Position numbers and translations under genes: made by a program. Below the pieces are notes generated by a model, which was given only the letters and a program-made list of their open reading frames with translations, was not told the DNA's origin and did no database searches. A DNA stretch of 64,000 nt, taken from NCBI GenBank assembly GCA_052327205.1, contig CM126209.1, forward strand, positions 24,180,001-24,244,000, written 5' to 3'. Of the stretch, positions 24,947 to 36,319 are shown one piece after another. This stretch comes from Somniosus microcephalus (Eukaryota). Positions within the stretch are counted from its first letter, which is position 1. Each line of letters opens with the position of its first letter.

Positions 24947-25424
24947 CCTGAAAATCAAAAATGGTGCCTCCCGCGCTTTCCTTTCTTCCCTGCCGAGTAA
25001 AAATGGCGCCTCCCGCACTTTCCCGCCGCTGCCGCTGCTGACAACGCTGTTCTCCACGTTTTTTTATTTATACAGATATTTTTAATAGTTGGAGACTCAT
25101 TCCCACCGGACTCTCCGGGACTTTTCCCTCCCTCTGCTTGGTGCGAACGCCGACCTGCTTTGCCGCGCCGGCCGTCTCCCGAGTGCTCCACCCTCCGTCT
25201 CTGTTGCTTCCGCCTTCCGACTCGCTGCTCGGCCCCGCTGCAGAGCCACCTGATCGAGCCCCAGCCCGCCGCCCAGGAAGGATTAGTGCAGTACCTGCCA
25301 CCAGCCCGGCTAGCTGGTGAAACCACAGTTTGCTTTTTTTTTTCTTCGACCTTCGTCTGAGGAATCGATCTCCTTGAGGTGCTGCCGAATTGCAGGTAAG
25401 TCCATTTCCAATTCGTCGCCACTG

Positions 25425-25853
25425 CCCAACGCATTACCGGCACCCGGCTACCGACCATAGAGCATATATATCAGAAATGCTGCCTACAGAGGGCACGGTC
25501 CATCATCAAAGACCCTACCCACCCCAGCCACAGTCTGTTCATCCTCCTACCATCTGGAAGACGCTACAGATGCATTCGCACCTGTACGACCAGATTTAGG
25601 AACAGCTTCTTTCCCAGGGCTGTCATCCTACTGAACTCCACAAATAAACACTAAAGCCTGCACATCTGCCAATGCACTTTATTATGGTCATATTTATGCT
25701 AGTATACTGCAAGCCAAATGTATAAATGTATGTTGAATGTTTAAGTGTCCTAATCCAAATTGTACACTCTCGGGAGCCGCAAGCCTACATTTCGTTGTAC
25801 TGCACTTGTGCACTAACAATGACAATAAAAGTTGATTTGATTTGATTTGATTT
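25425..25853 (+). mobile_element. Rex1/Babar-type LINE 3' fragment in the Gypsy-B 5' LTR
   Basis: Encodes LPSGRRYRCIRTCTTRFRNSFFPRAV; ends gacaataaaag(ttgat)n. Confidence 0.8.
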
Positions 25854-26416
25854 GAATGCAGGAGTTGGTTTAACAGGTGTTTACTGAACAAAGTCTGGAG
25901 GTGAACTAACAGATACAAGATGCTATACAGGCTTATATACCCGAGTGGTCACTATCGGTATTACAGTACACAGGGGCTCTTAAAAGTACATACACTACAA
26001 GACGGAGCACATTTCTGTTGCAGACCCACCTGACTTGAGCTCAAGCAGAGGGTGGGAAGGGAGGAAAATTGGCCCCCAATATTACATCAGTTACAGTGTC
26101 CTATATATATGCAATCAGTCAGTCGTCATTGTCAGACTGAGACTTTCGCCTTCACTATCTCCTTTGTCATTCTTCTATTCAGCTATAGCCATGAAAGGGT
26201 ATTAAGGATTATGGAACTAAGATGGATAGATGGAGTTACGATATGGATCAGCCATGTTCAAACTGAATGGCGGAACAGGCTCGAGGGGCTGAATGGCCCA
26301 CTGCTGTTCCTATGTCCCTATGTATGCTCCGATGTTCCTTCCTCGAACATAACCAAATCTGTCTACAGGCTTAGACGATATTTAATTGACAGCATTGGAG
26401 TATTAAGCAGTTTATG

Positions 26417-26604
26417 ACCGTGAAATTCGGGGTTGTAGCTAGCGCCGGCCGTTAGGGCTGGTTTTGTTGAAAAAATGGTGGCCGCCTCGCTTCCACCCAT
26501 TTCCAAATTAGCGTGCCACACGCCTGTGCTTTCTAAACGGGCGCAAGCAAATCTCGTCCCGCGGTGCCCCCACCCGTTTTCGGGCCTTATCGAATTTCCT
26601 GGCC
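26417..26604. mobile_element. Short degraded Harbinger-type MITE
   Basis: Ends gaccgtgaaattcg / cgaatttcctggcc; internal tagcgcc motif. Confidence 0.5.
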
Positions 26605-27039
26605 ACTATCTGTTAGTAACCATTCTTTTCCCTGGCTTCACCCAGAGTGATATGTAAAGTGGTGGGGCCCAGCTCTTCGATCGCTGTCAGAAACATAAAG
26701 GTTGATGGATTTATTCATGAAACTGACTTGAAATTGACAAGGGACGAGGGATGTAGCAGCAATGATGCAATGCAGGAACCACTTTGTCATTCTTACATAG
26801 GTGTTTCTGTTGGTCCACTTCCTTCGTGGGATTGCACTGCCTTTTCTATTTGCGTGTTTTTCTCATTCAGATGTTCAGTCTGTGAAGAGGATTTCCTTAA
26901 GTGGCACAAGTTTAAAAGGCTGTAATTGGATTTCATAAAGAACTTTTATAAAGAAACAGTCATTTTTATAGAGGCTGTCAGCAAGTTGGATAAAACATAC
27001 ATTTACTTGTCCTTTATGTCGGTGATGACAATTAAAATC

Positions 27040-27460
27040 ATTGAATCATAGAGCAAAGAAGGAGGCCATTCGGCCCATCATGCCTGTGCCGAATCTTTGA
27101 AGAAGCCATCAATTAGTTCCATTGCCCTGCTCTTTCCCCATAGTCTTGCAATTTTTTCCGTTTCAAGTATTTATCCAGTTCCCTTTTGAAAGTTACTATT
27201 AAATCTGCTTCTAAGTCAGGCGGTGCATTCCAGATCACAACAACTCACTGCGTAAAAACAATTCTCCTCATCTTCCCTCGGGTTCTTTTGCCAATGATCT
27301 AAATCTGTGTCCTCTGGTTACCGACCCTCCTGCCACTGGAAACAATTTCTCCCTATCTACGCTATCAAAACATTCATAACATTGAACACCTCTATTAAAT
27401 CTCCCCTTAACCTTCTCTGCTCGATGGAGAACAATCCCAGCTTCTCCAGTCTCGCCACAT
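27040..27460 (-). mobile_element. CR1 3' fragment
   Basis: atcatagagcaaagaaggaggccattcggccc..ctattaaatctccccttaaccttctctgctc. Confidence 0.8.
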
Positions 27461-27741
27461 TGTAATGTTTATTCTGGTTTATCTTTTCTTTCTTCATTCA
27501 TGTGATGGATGAATTAGAAGTGGTGAATTTTAATATAAAATGGGATAAAACTCAAACCCAATTTTTGTTTTGGTATTATATTGCAATGATGCCCCATCAC
27601 CAGCTCACATAACAGGCATTATTTGTTTCTGTTCTTCATATGAACTATTTTGGATTATTATAATGTGAAAAGTAACATTTAATAACAAATGTTGCAGACT
27701 AATTGGTGGTTTACTAAGACAATAAAGGGACAAAAAACAGG

Positions 27742-28215
27742 ACCTTCAGCTGCCTAGGCCCTCAACTCTGGAATTCCCTCCCTAAACCTCCGCCTCTCTA
27801 CCTCTCTCTCCTCCTTTAAGACGCTCCTTAAAACCTACCGCTTTGACCAAGCTTTTGGTCATCTGCCCTAATATCTCTTTATGTGGCTCGGTGTCAAATT
27901 TTGTTTGTTAATGCTCCTGTGAAGTGCCTTGGGATGTTTTACTACGTTAAAGGTGCTATATAAATGCAAGTTGTTGTTGGAAGAGGTCACAGAGATTTGA
28001 ACGTGAGGACTAGAATCTTAAAATCGAGGTGACCGGAGGCCAATGTAGTTTCGTGAGCACAGGAGTAATGGGTGAACAGGACTTGGTGCGAGTTAGGATA
28101 TGCGCAGCAGCAGAGGTTTGGATTAGTTAAAGTTTACATAAGGTGGAGTGTGAGAGGCCGGCAAGGAGAGCATTGAAATAGTCAAGTCCGGAGGTAAGCA
28201 TGGATGAGGGTCTCC
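27742..28215. mobile_element. L2-type LINE fragments (plus-strand 3' tail followed by a minus-strand piece)
   Basis: ctctggaattccctccctaaacctc..ttaaaacctacc..gtgaagtgccttgggat..gctatataaatgcaagttgttgttg tail. Confidence 0.7.
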
Positions 28216-29572
28216 ACAAGATTAGCACCACCAAAGCTGTTATGTTAAGGCTGGAGCTCCATGTTACTACCAGCAGCACCAGAGCTGCTGCGGATGTATC
28301 TCAATATTCTATCTCAAATCACTTTCACCCCTGATAGGCTCCCAGAAGACATTACAGGGCTTCCAGCATCTTCTATTTTGGACCAGTTTTGCACAAACCA
28401 ATAAATGGTGACATTGGTTGAAACCCAATAGTTACCAAAACAACTTTAAGCTTCCCCCTAAAAAAAGGGCACTGCCTTCAAGCTCCTTCTGACCTCACAA
28501 AAATCATCCTGAAGACTTACCTGTGCTGTTTCCAGAGCAACCTACAGCACACTCCACTCACTGGCACCTGAAAATTGCATTTTGCACCTATGCGCTTCAA
28601 GGGAGCCCGATTTGCATGCCTTAATGTTTCAGGTGAGCGCCCTGGCCATCCATTTCCAGGACCAGTTGCAAATGGCGGCAAGTGGGTCGAGAGCGGGAAG
28701 AGGGCGGTAAGTTCAGGGCCGCGTTTTTTTGGAGCCCCGCTCCCGCCTGGCAGAGGCGGTGAAAATCAGCTCCGTTGATCCGTATCCTAGAGTTGTTGAC
28801 CGACTTAATGAGAGCGCATTAGAAAAGGAAAAATGAGAAAAGGATTGCAGTGGGAAAGAAACAAAGTATGAGGGAAGAATTCACAAGTTCAAAGTGACCC
28901 TTGAACTTGTGAATTCAGTCTTTGTTTTCGCAAACAATTATCACAGGAGCCTGAAGGGTCTTGTCCTTTGGAATCCTAGATTTAATATTGATCAGGACAA
29001 TGTGATTGATGACTATGCATAAATCCAAGGAAAGGCTACATTGTTTCTGTAGTGTGATTTATAATGTCCTGTCCATATGGTGTGGAACTGGCTTATTTTT
29101 TTCACTTTAGCTCATTGTCACACAATGTTTGCGCGGCTTGCTTTCATTGTTGCTTTAGTCCTTTGACCCTTTACCAATCGGATCACAAGATACCATAAGA
29201 TTGTGTATATGAGAAGAGCCTCATTAAAGCAGAAAGGAAACAGATACTGGGAAGCGTAAAAAGTTGTGCTAGAATAAAAGAAGAAACAACTCGGAAAACT
29301 TGTAGTCAAATGGAGCACAGTCAGTAATATAGTGCTGTCTGAAGTTGGCAAAGCGGGTGGGCCGAGGGGTACAGCAAACACGAAAGAAGCATTTGCAACA
29401 GCCTATCCCAAACAGTGCACAGATCACATTATAGGCGGAACATAGGAACAGGCCATTCAACCCCTCAAGCCAGTTCCGCCATTCAATTAGATCATGGCTG
29501 GTCTGTATCGTAACTCCATCCACCCGACTTGGTTCCATAACCCTTAACACCCTTGCCCAACAAAAATCTATC

Positions 29573-32520
29573 AACACAAAAGCAAAATACTGTGGATGCT
29601 GGAAATCTGAAATAAAAACAGAAAATGCTGGAAACATTCAGTGGGTCAGGCAACATCTGTGGAGAGAGAAACAGAGTTAACGATGGGAATTTTCCGGGGG
29701 GTCAGCGGGCAGGATTGGTGGTGGGTCAGGTGGGAAATTTGATATATTTGCCAGCTGTCAACTCGCTTCCATGTGCCTTTCCCGATGTCGGGTATGTCAG
29801 CACTGAGCAGACCCGACAGGCAGTGGCGGGTGACCCAATTCAGGTCATTATTGGCTTGTTTAGAGCCACTTAAGAGTGATTTTTAACTTACCTTTTGCAT
29901 TTGTCAGCTCGCCCACAGGGTCCACGCTGGTCGTGGACCATGTCTGTCAAGCTGAGGTGGGAGTTCAGTGGTCATTGAATCAACTGATGAGTTGACAGTT
30001 TCAAATGTAAAGTAAAAGCTCCCACCTTACAGAGATATCTTCCCTCAGCCACAAGTTGTTCCTCACTGCATTTCCACAACAGATTCACCTTGCTGCAAGT
30101 CTTTAGACAAGTCTCCATCCAGTGTGACCTCATTACCTCTCTCACCATTGACAGATCGCTTCTGTCATCTCTACTTCACCTGCCATCTATTCCATCAGCA
30201 TCGGTGCCCGTTATACTCTCTCACCTTGGTCCTCAGAATCCCACTACGATGAACCCCAACACCAGCAGCACCAGGCACACCAGCAGCACCAGCAACAACA
30301 CCAACCTTCTCCGCAATCACCTGATACGGCACAGGACACAGGGCATCAGCACCTGACCACATTGCTGCTTGGGAGGCCAGGGATGGCCTCACCATGGCCA
30401 GATTTACTTCATTTGACACTGTACACCCTGGCTGCCACAGGATGTGCCAGGTTGGCACCACCGCATAACCAACACCATAAAGCATTCCTACAATGCCCAA
30501 GCCATTCCTTTCACACTCATCATCATTGTGGGTGGTACCATTATGTCTCGCCATTCACTGCAACTCACTAAGCCACTTCCAAAGGTGCACACAAATCTGT
30601 CCAAGAACGCAAAGTGTTGAAAATAAAGGTTTCAATGTTTGACACCACATTAACAGAAACTTTACACGAACATTGCATAAAACACCCATAAGTGCCTACG
30701 CTTGTGTTGTTAGTTGGTATGATTGCACTAGGATGAGGGTGAGTGTGAGGGGTGGCTAGTGAGCTGGGGATGCAATAACATAGATAGAGAGGGATGGGTG
30801 GAGGTCTAGGTAAGTTGGTGTGTAGCCCTGTGCCTTTGTGCAGTCATTGTCAGTGTTTGCGGCACCTCAATGCTGTCGAACACTGACAGCACAAATGTCA
30901 AAATAAAGTTGGCCATGGTCCCTTTAAGGAAACCGGCTGATGACGCATCATGAAATTACGTCACCAGACCTGCTTCCGCTAATTGGCCAGGAAATGCGCT
31001 GGGCGCAATCCAACCCAATCAAAGGAAATTCATTTCACAGAGCGGGTTGGGGCCAGCAGTGGGGTGCCCGTCACCGACATCGCCCACCCCAGACCCGCTG
31101 AGGTGAGCAAAATCCTGGCCAACGTTTCAGGTCGATGACCTTTCGTCAGAACTGGAAAATGTTAGATATATAGCAGGTTTTAAGCAAGTGCAGGGGCAGG
31201 GAAAATGTGGAGGGGAAGAAAGAACAAAAGGGAAGGTCTGTGATAGGGTGGAAGGCAGGAGAGATTAAATGACAAAAGATATGATCGTACAAAGCAAAAG
31301 GAGACGGTAATGGGACAAGTAAAAAAACAAAAGATGGGTTGAGATGAGGTGTAAATGGGAATAGCAAAATCATCAACAGTTGCTATCTGAAAATATAGGG
31401 GTTGAGGTTATGGTCTGAAATTGTTGAACTCAATGTTGAGTCCAGAAGGCTGTCAAGTGCCTCATCAGAAGATGTGGTGCTGTTCCTCGAGCTTATGTTG
31501 AGCTTCGTTGGAGCAGTGCAAAAGGCTGTGGACAGAGAGGTCAGAGTCGGAGAGAAGCTCGGGGTCACGCTTGCGGACTGAATGGAGGTGTTCCGCAAAG
31601 CAGTCACCCAATCTGCGTTTGGTCTCCCCAGTGTAGAGGAGGCCACATCATGAGCAGCGAATACAGAATACTAGATTGCAAGAAGTACAAGTAAATCGCT
31701 GTTTCACCTGGAAGGGGTGTTTGTGGCCCTGGACGGTGGTAAGGGAGGAGATAAAAGGGCAGGTGTTGCATCTCCTGCGCTTGCACGGGAAGGTGTCGTG
31801 GGGAGGGGAGGGGCTGTTAGGGGTGATTGAGAGGAATGGACCAGGGTGCCGTGGAGGGAGCGGTCCCTTCGGAATGCTGAAAGCGGAGGGGAGGGGAAGA
31901 TACCTTTGGTGGTGGGATCACGCTGGAGGTGGCGGAAATAGCGGAGGATGATCCGTTGAATGTGGAGGCTGGTGGGGTGAAAGGTGAGGACAAGGGCAAC
32001 CCTATTATGGTTCTGGGAGGGAGGGGAAGGAGTGAAAGCAGGAGTGCGGGAAATGGAACGGACATGGTCAAGGGCCGTGTCAACCACAATAGAGGGGAAT
32101 CCTCGGTTGAGGAAAAAGGAAGACATATCGGAAGCACTAGTATGGAAGGAGGCATTGTCAGCACAGATGCGACGGAGATGGAGAAACTGGGAGAATGGAA
32201 TAGAGTCCTTACCGGAAGTGCGGTGGGAGGATAATGGATGTTGGTCAATAGCCTATCCCCAGAAATGAAGACAGAGAAGTTGAGGTAGGGAAGTGTCAGA
32301 GATAGACCATGTGAAGGTGAGGGAACGGTGGAAATTGGAAGCAAAACGAATGAAATTTTCCAGTTCAGGGCGAGAGCTGGAAACAATACAGTCATCAATG
32401 TACCAGAAAAAGAGCTGAGGGAGGGGACCTGAGTAGGACTGGAACAAAGAATGTTCCACATATCCCACGAAAAGGCAAGCATAGCTGGGGCCCATGCGGG
32501 TTCCCATAGCAACACCTTTT
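29573..32520 (-). mobile_element. Penelope-like element (RT and GIY-YIG remnants plus 3' tail with hammerhead), interrupted at 29682-31120
   Basis: MGTRMGPSYACLFVG..WYIDDC RT motifs, LVLTFHPTSL..LQRDPTT linker, GIY-YIG remnant, tail gcatccacagtattttgctt. Confidence 0.88.
29682..31120 (+). mobile_element. Internally deleted Harbinger derivative
   Basis: Degenerate TIRs (gatgggaattttc / gcaaaatcctggcc), TSD AAC; it splits the Penelope tail gagttaac|gtttcagg. Confidence 0.7.
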
Positions 32521-33327
32521 ATGAATCACAGTTTTGAAGTTTTGAATTGGCCCTAGCCTCAGCAGCTTTTTTGGGGGAGATCTTTTATTTTATGCGAACA
32601 TACTTGAGTGTCCTTCACAGCCTATTTTCAAATGAAGAGGCTTGCGGGTCTCAATATGAGCTTGAGAGAGCTATGATGGAGTGAAATGAGAAATAAAATG
32701 TGACAAAAAGATAAGCGCACTTTTCCACTGCGGTGTGACAAGATACCATAAAACACAAAGGAAACATGTTACTCATTTGGTTTGCATGCACTGTGCTGCC
32801 ACCCATTCAAATACATCATCATTTGCATGATATAATTATTACACTGCTGTTTTACATGATTCAAGGCCACAAACAAATCCATCCGCAAACAGCTCCATTT
32901 TCAGCAATTCCTTTTTACACAATAAAACTTGTGGCAGAGTCTGGATTGTTTGCTTTCTTGAACTTACTGCTCAACGGGGTCTTTGACGTTAGATTCTTTC
33001 ATTCAAAAAACCCTTTCTTTGTTCCCCTTTGTAAAAAATGTTATGCTTGACACAGACATGCAAAGCGTTCGCATCTCACTGCCAACTTCTGGTAGATTAA
33101 GAAGTTTGTGTTGGAGTGGATTGCAACCAACATCAAGAAATTTGTTAAAAGTGGTCAGAAGCATGAACTAAATCAAGAAAGAAAGATTTCTTTCTACATC
33201 AACACCCATGCTGACTTAGAGTAATTAACCCAATGCAGACATCCCCATTGTGTTTACATTTTACTTATATTATACTTTCAGTATTTCCCACATTCTGCAT
33301 GTTGGTCTACTTTTTGCTTGTTTATAA

Positions 33328-33522
33328 GGGCCAAGTTTATGAAATTGCGCTCCCGTCGGGATCTCAACTGCAGGAGCGCATATCGAGAATTTAGGAGGGC
33401 GCTCCTGCAATTTCCCTTCATTAGAATTAATGGAAGGAAAATTGTGGGAAGCAAATATCTAAATTCCCAATATATAGTCCCAGCAACTGAGGCTCCTCGT
33501 GGGAGCACAATAAAACTGGCCC
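33328..33522. mobile_element. Foldback MITE
   Basis: Ends gggccaagtttat / ataaaactggccc; palindromic interior (tgcaatttcccttcatt..aatggaaggaaaattgt). Confidence 0.6.
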
Positions 33523-34715
33523 TATACATTAATTAGTGAGTAAACCTGTGGTCTGTATGGTATAACCCACCATTGTTAAAAGAAATTTGGTAGTGCAGTG
33601 TAAATCTATGCTAAATCCAGTAAGCAAATTACTGCAAGCAGGGTAATTGTCAACCCTTTGGGGCAGAATATAGAAATGGTACAGATTGTGAATCAAAGGG
33701 GACAAGGGGCATATACGAGAACCATTGCTGGATGTTGAGAGAGAAGACTGTACTAAAACCTCTGAACAAAACCCATAAGAGCACTATTTATATGATTACA
33801 CATGGTTTAACTTTATTTTTAAACATATCCTGAACCTGTTTTCTCGGAGGAGGGGAATTATCCTCACTTCAGTACACCTGAGAAGATGTGCAAACTGAAC
33901 CTCACTTGCTGGCCATTGACATAACAGTAACACCAAACTTAAGCGTTCCAGCTATCCACATGTTTACACATAGCTATGTTTGATTCATCAATACATTAAA
34001 AGAAAAAGCATTGATTTGCTCTTTGCTTGATGCAGCATTTGGGATGATGGGTCAATTAGACTTAGCTGTTCTTTTATCTTTTGAAATACAGTAACCGATA
34101 ATTGTCTAGCAACTTTAACATACTAAATGTATCAAGGCTCTTCAATGTGAAAATGGACAATTAGCAATAATAGAATCATCAGGGAGGTGACTGATGGCTT
34201 TCTTAAAGACAAAGGGGGGGAAATTCGCTACCTTAGCGCCTCCAGTTAGTGCCTGGCGGGGGCGCTAACAGGGCACTGAGGTAGTAACACCACAGCGAGG
34301 TGAAGCCAGCGTTGCACGCCAAATCCAGCCCTCCGTAGCACCGCCGCTATGAGTTAGCGCCGGTGACTTCAGCGCCAGGCAGATTGTGACGTCAGTGAGT
34401 GTGCAACGCTCATCGGGTGCCTGATCTGCAAAATTCATTGTCGCCCCTTCCTTAGCGCCTCGCCCCGACAGCGACAGGGAGAGGAGGCTTGAAGCAGTCA
34501 GTATTCAGCTCCATGGGTGCTACTTAAAGGGATCATGAGTAATGAGTCGCAGCTCTCAGGTTAGTGCTGCTTCTCCGCTTCCTTGTCAGTTTCACATTGT
34601 GAAACTGATTCATTCAGTCTTTTAAAGGTTGTTTAGTCTCTGGTGTGTTGTGGCTACTAAATATTAGTTACATTTATACTCACAACATATCAAAGTGCTA
34701 CACTTCATTACATTA

Positions 34716-36319
34716 ATGGGGGCTGTACTGGCAGTCGACCTCGCCCTCCAGGATCTACGGTGGAGGGAGCGGAGGCAGCGAGAAAGATTGGAACATTTGG
34801 CCAGAGGGAGGAGGAGGGCCATGAGGATTCTCAACAGGAGGCCTTACCCTCCGAGGGTATTCCAACAGCACTCCTCCTACCTCCAATTAAGCGAGGATTA
34901 GTGTATTAGAAGGCTCCGCTTCACCAAGGAGGTGGCCACGGAACTCTGCCACCTCCTGCAACCAGACCTCAAGCCTCAGATCAGGATGACCACAGCCCTC
35001 TCAGTGGCAGTCAAGGTCACCGTTGCCCTCAATTTCTTCGCCAGTGGATCATTCCAGTCTGCAACAGGAGATATAGATAACACCTCGCAGTTCGCCATCC
35101 ATCGCTGCATCCGGGAGGTCACAGAGGCTCTCTGCAGTAGGAGAAGGGATTACATTTCCTTCCCCATCACCAGAGAGAAACAGCACGAGTGTGCATGTGG
35201 CTTTGCCAGGATAGTGGACTTCCCATGGTGCAGGTTGCCATTGACTGCACCCACGTGGCTTTGCGGGCACCGCATAACAATCCTGAGATCTCCTGTAACC
35301 GTAAAGGTTATCACTCACTTAATGTGCAGTTGGTCTGCGACCACAGACAGCAAATCCTCAATGTCAATGCCCGCTATCCTGGTAGCAGGCACGATGTCTT
35401 CATCCTGTGCCAGAGTATGCCAACATTCTTCCAGCCACCACATCAAGCTCACGGCTGGCTGCTCGGAGACAAGGGCTATCCGCTCTCCACCTGGCTCACG
35501 ACTCCCCTCCGCAACCCAACACTCCTGCCCAGCACTCATATAATGAGAGCCATGCTGCCACCAGGAACATCATCGAGCAGACCATCGGGGTGCTCAAGCA
35601 ACAGTTCCGCTGCCTTGACCGCTCGGGAGGAGCCCTCTAGTACTCGCATGTGTCCCATTCCGTCGTCGTCTGCTGCATACTCCACAATTTGGCCATTTTG
35701 AGGGCCTAGCCCTTGCCACCAGGGATTGCGGGACGACCTCAGGAGGAAGAAGAGGGAGAGGAAGAGGAACAGGAGCGAGGGAGGAGGAGGAGGAACAGGA
35801 GCGAGGGAGGGGGAGGAGGAACAGGAGCGAGGGAGGAGGAGGAGGAACAGGAGCGAGGGAGGAGGAGGAGGAACAGGAGTGAGGGAGGAGGAGGAGGAAC
35901 AGGAGCGAGGGAGGAGGAGGAGGAATAGGAGCGAGGGAGGAGGAGGAGGAAAGGAGCGAGGGAGGAGGAGCAGGTATAGGAGCGAGGGAGGGGGAGGAGG
36001 AACAGGAGCGAGGGAGGAGAAGGAGGAACAGGAGCGAGGGAGGAGGAGGAGGAACAGGAGCGAGGGAGGAGGAGGAGGAATAGGAGCGAGGGAGGAGGAG
36101 GAGGAAAGGAGTGAGGGAGGAGGAGGAGGTATAGGAGCGAGGGAGGGGAAGAAGGAACAGGAGCGAGGGAGGAGGAGGAGGAACAGGAGCGAGGGAGGGG
36201 GAGGAGGAACAGGAGCGAGGGAGGAGGAGGAGGAACAGGAGCGAGGGAGGAGGCAGCCACTCAATCGGCCTTCCGGAAGGGTGGTCCGTTATCACCTCAT
36301 CAGACTGCGGTTCCAATAA
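34716..36319 (+). pseudogene. Harbinger DDE transposase (HARBI1-like), disrupted
   Basis: [71 protein letters not shown]; contains stops and frameshifts. Confidence 0.92.
35741..36254 (+). repeat. Polypurine minisatellite, ~26-bp unit GGAGGAGGAGGAGGAACAGGAGCGAG, ~19 copies
   Basis: Directly visible; lies in the acidic C-terminal tail of the transposase. Confidence 0.95.

Larger units (their letters stand above)
20735..25999 (-). mobile_element. Ty3/Gypsy LTR retrotransposon (Gypsy-B copy 1)
   Basis: LTRs 20735-20909 and 25854-25999 (U5 replaced by a LINE), TSD AGACG, PBS TGGCGACGA (~25413-25421, minus), PPT AAAAGGGGAGGAA. Confidence 0.96.

Noticed and set aside
26793-26919. Possible terminal coding exon on the minus strand (..GSGPTETPM*) with a downstream AATAAA
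   Set aside because: Weak polypyrimidine tract, only ~41 codons, no recognisable homology or linked upstream exons.
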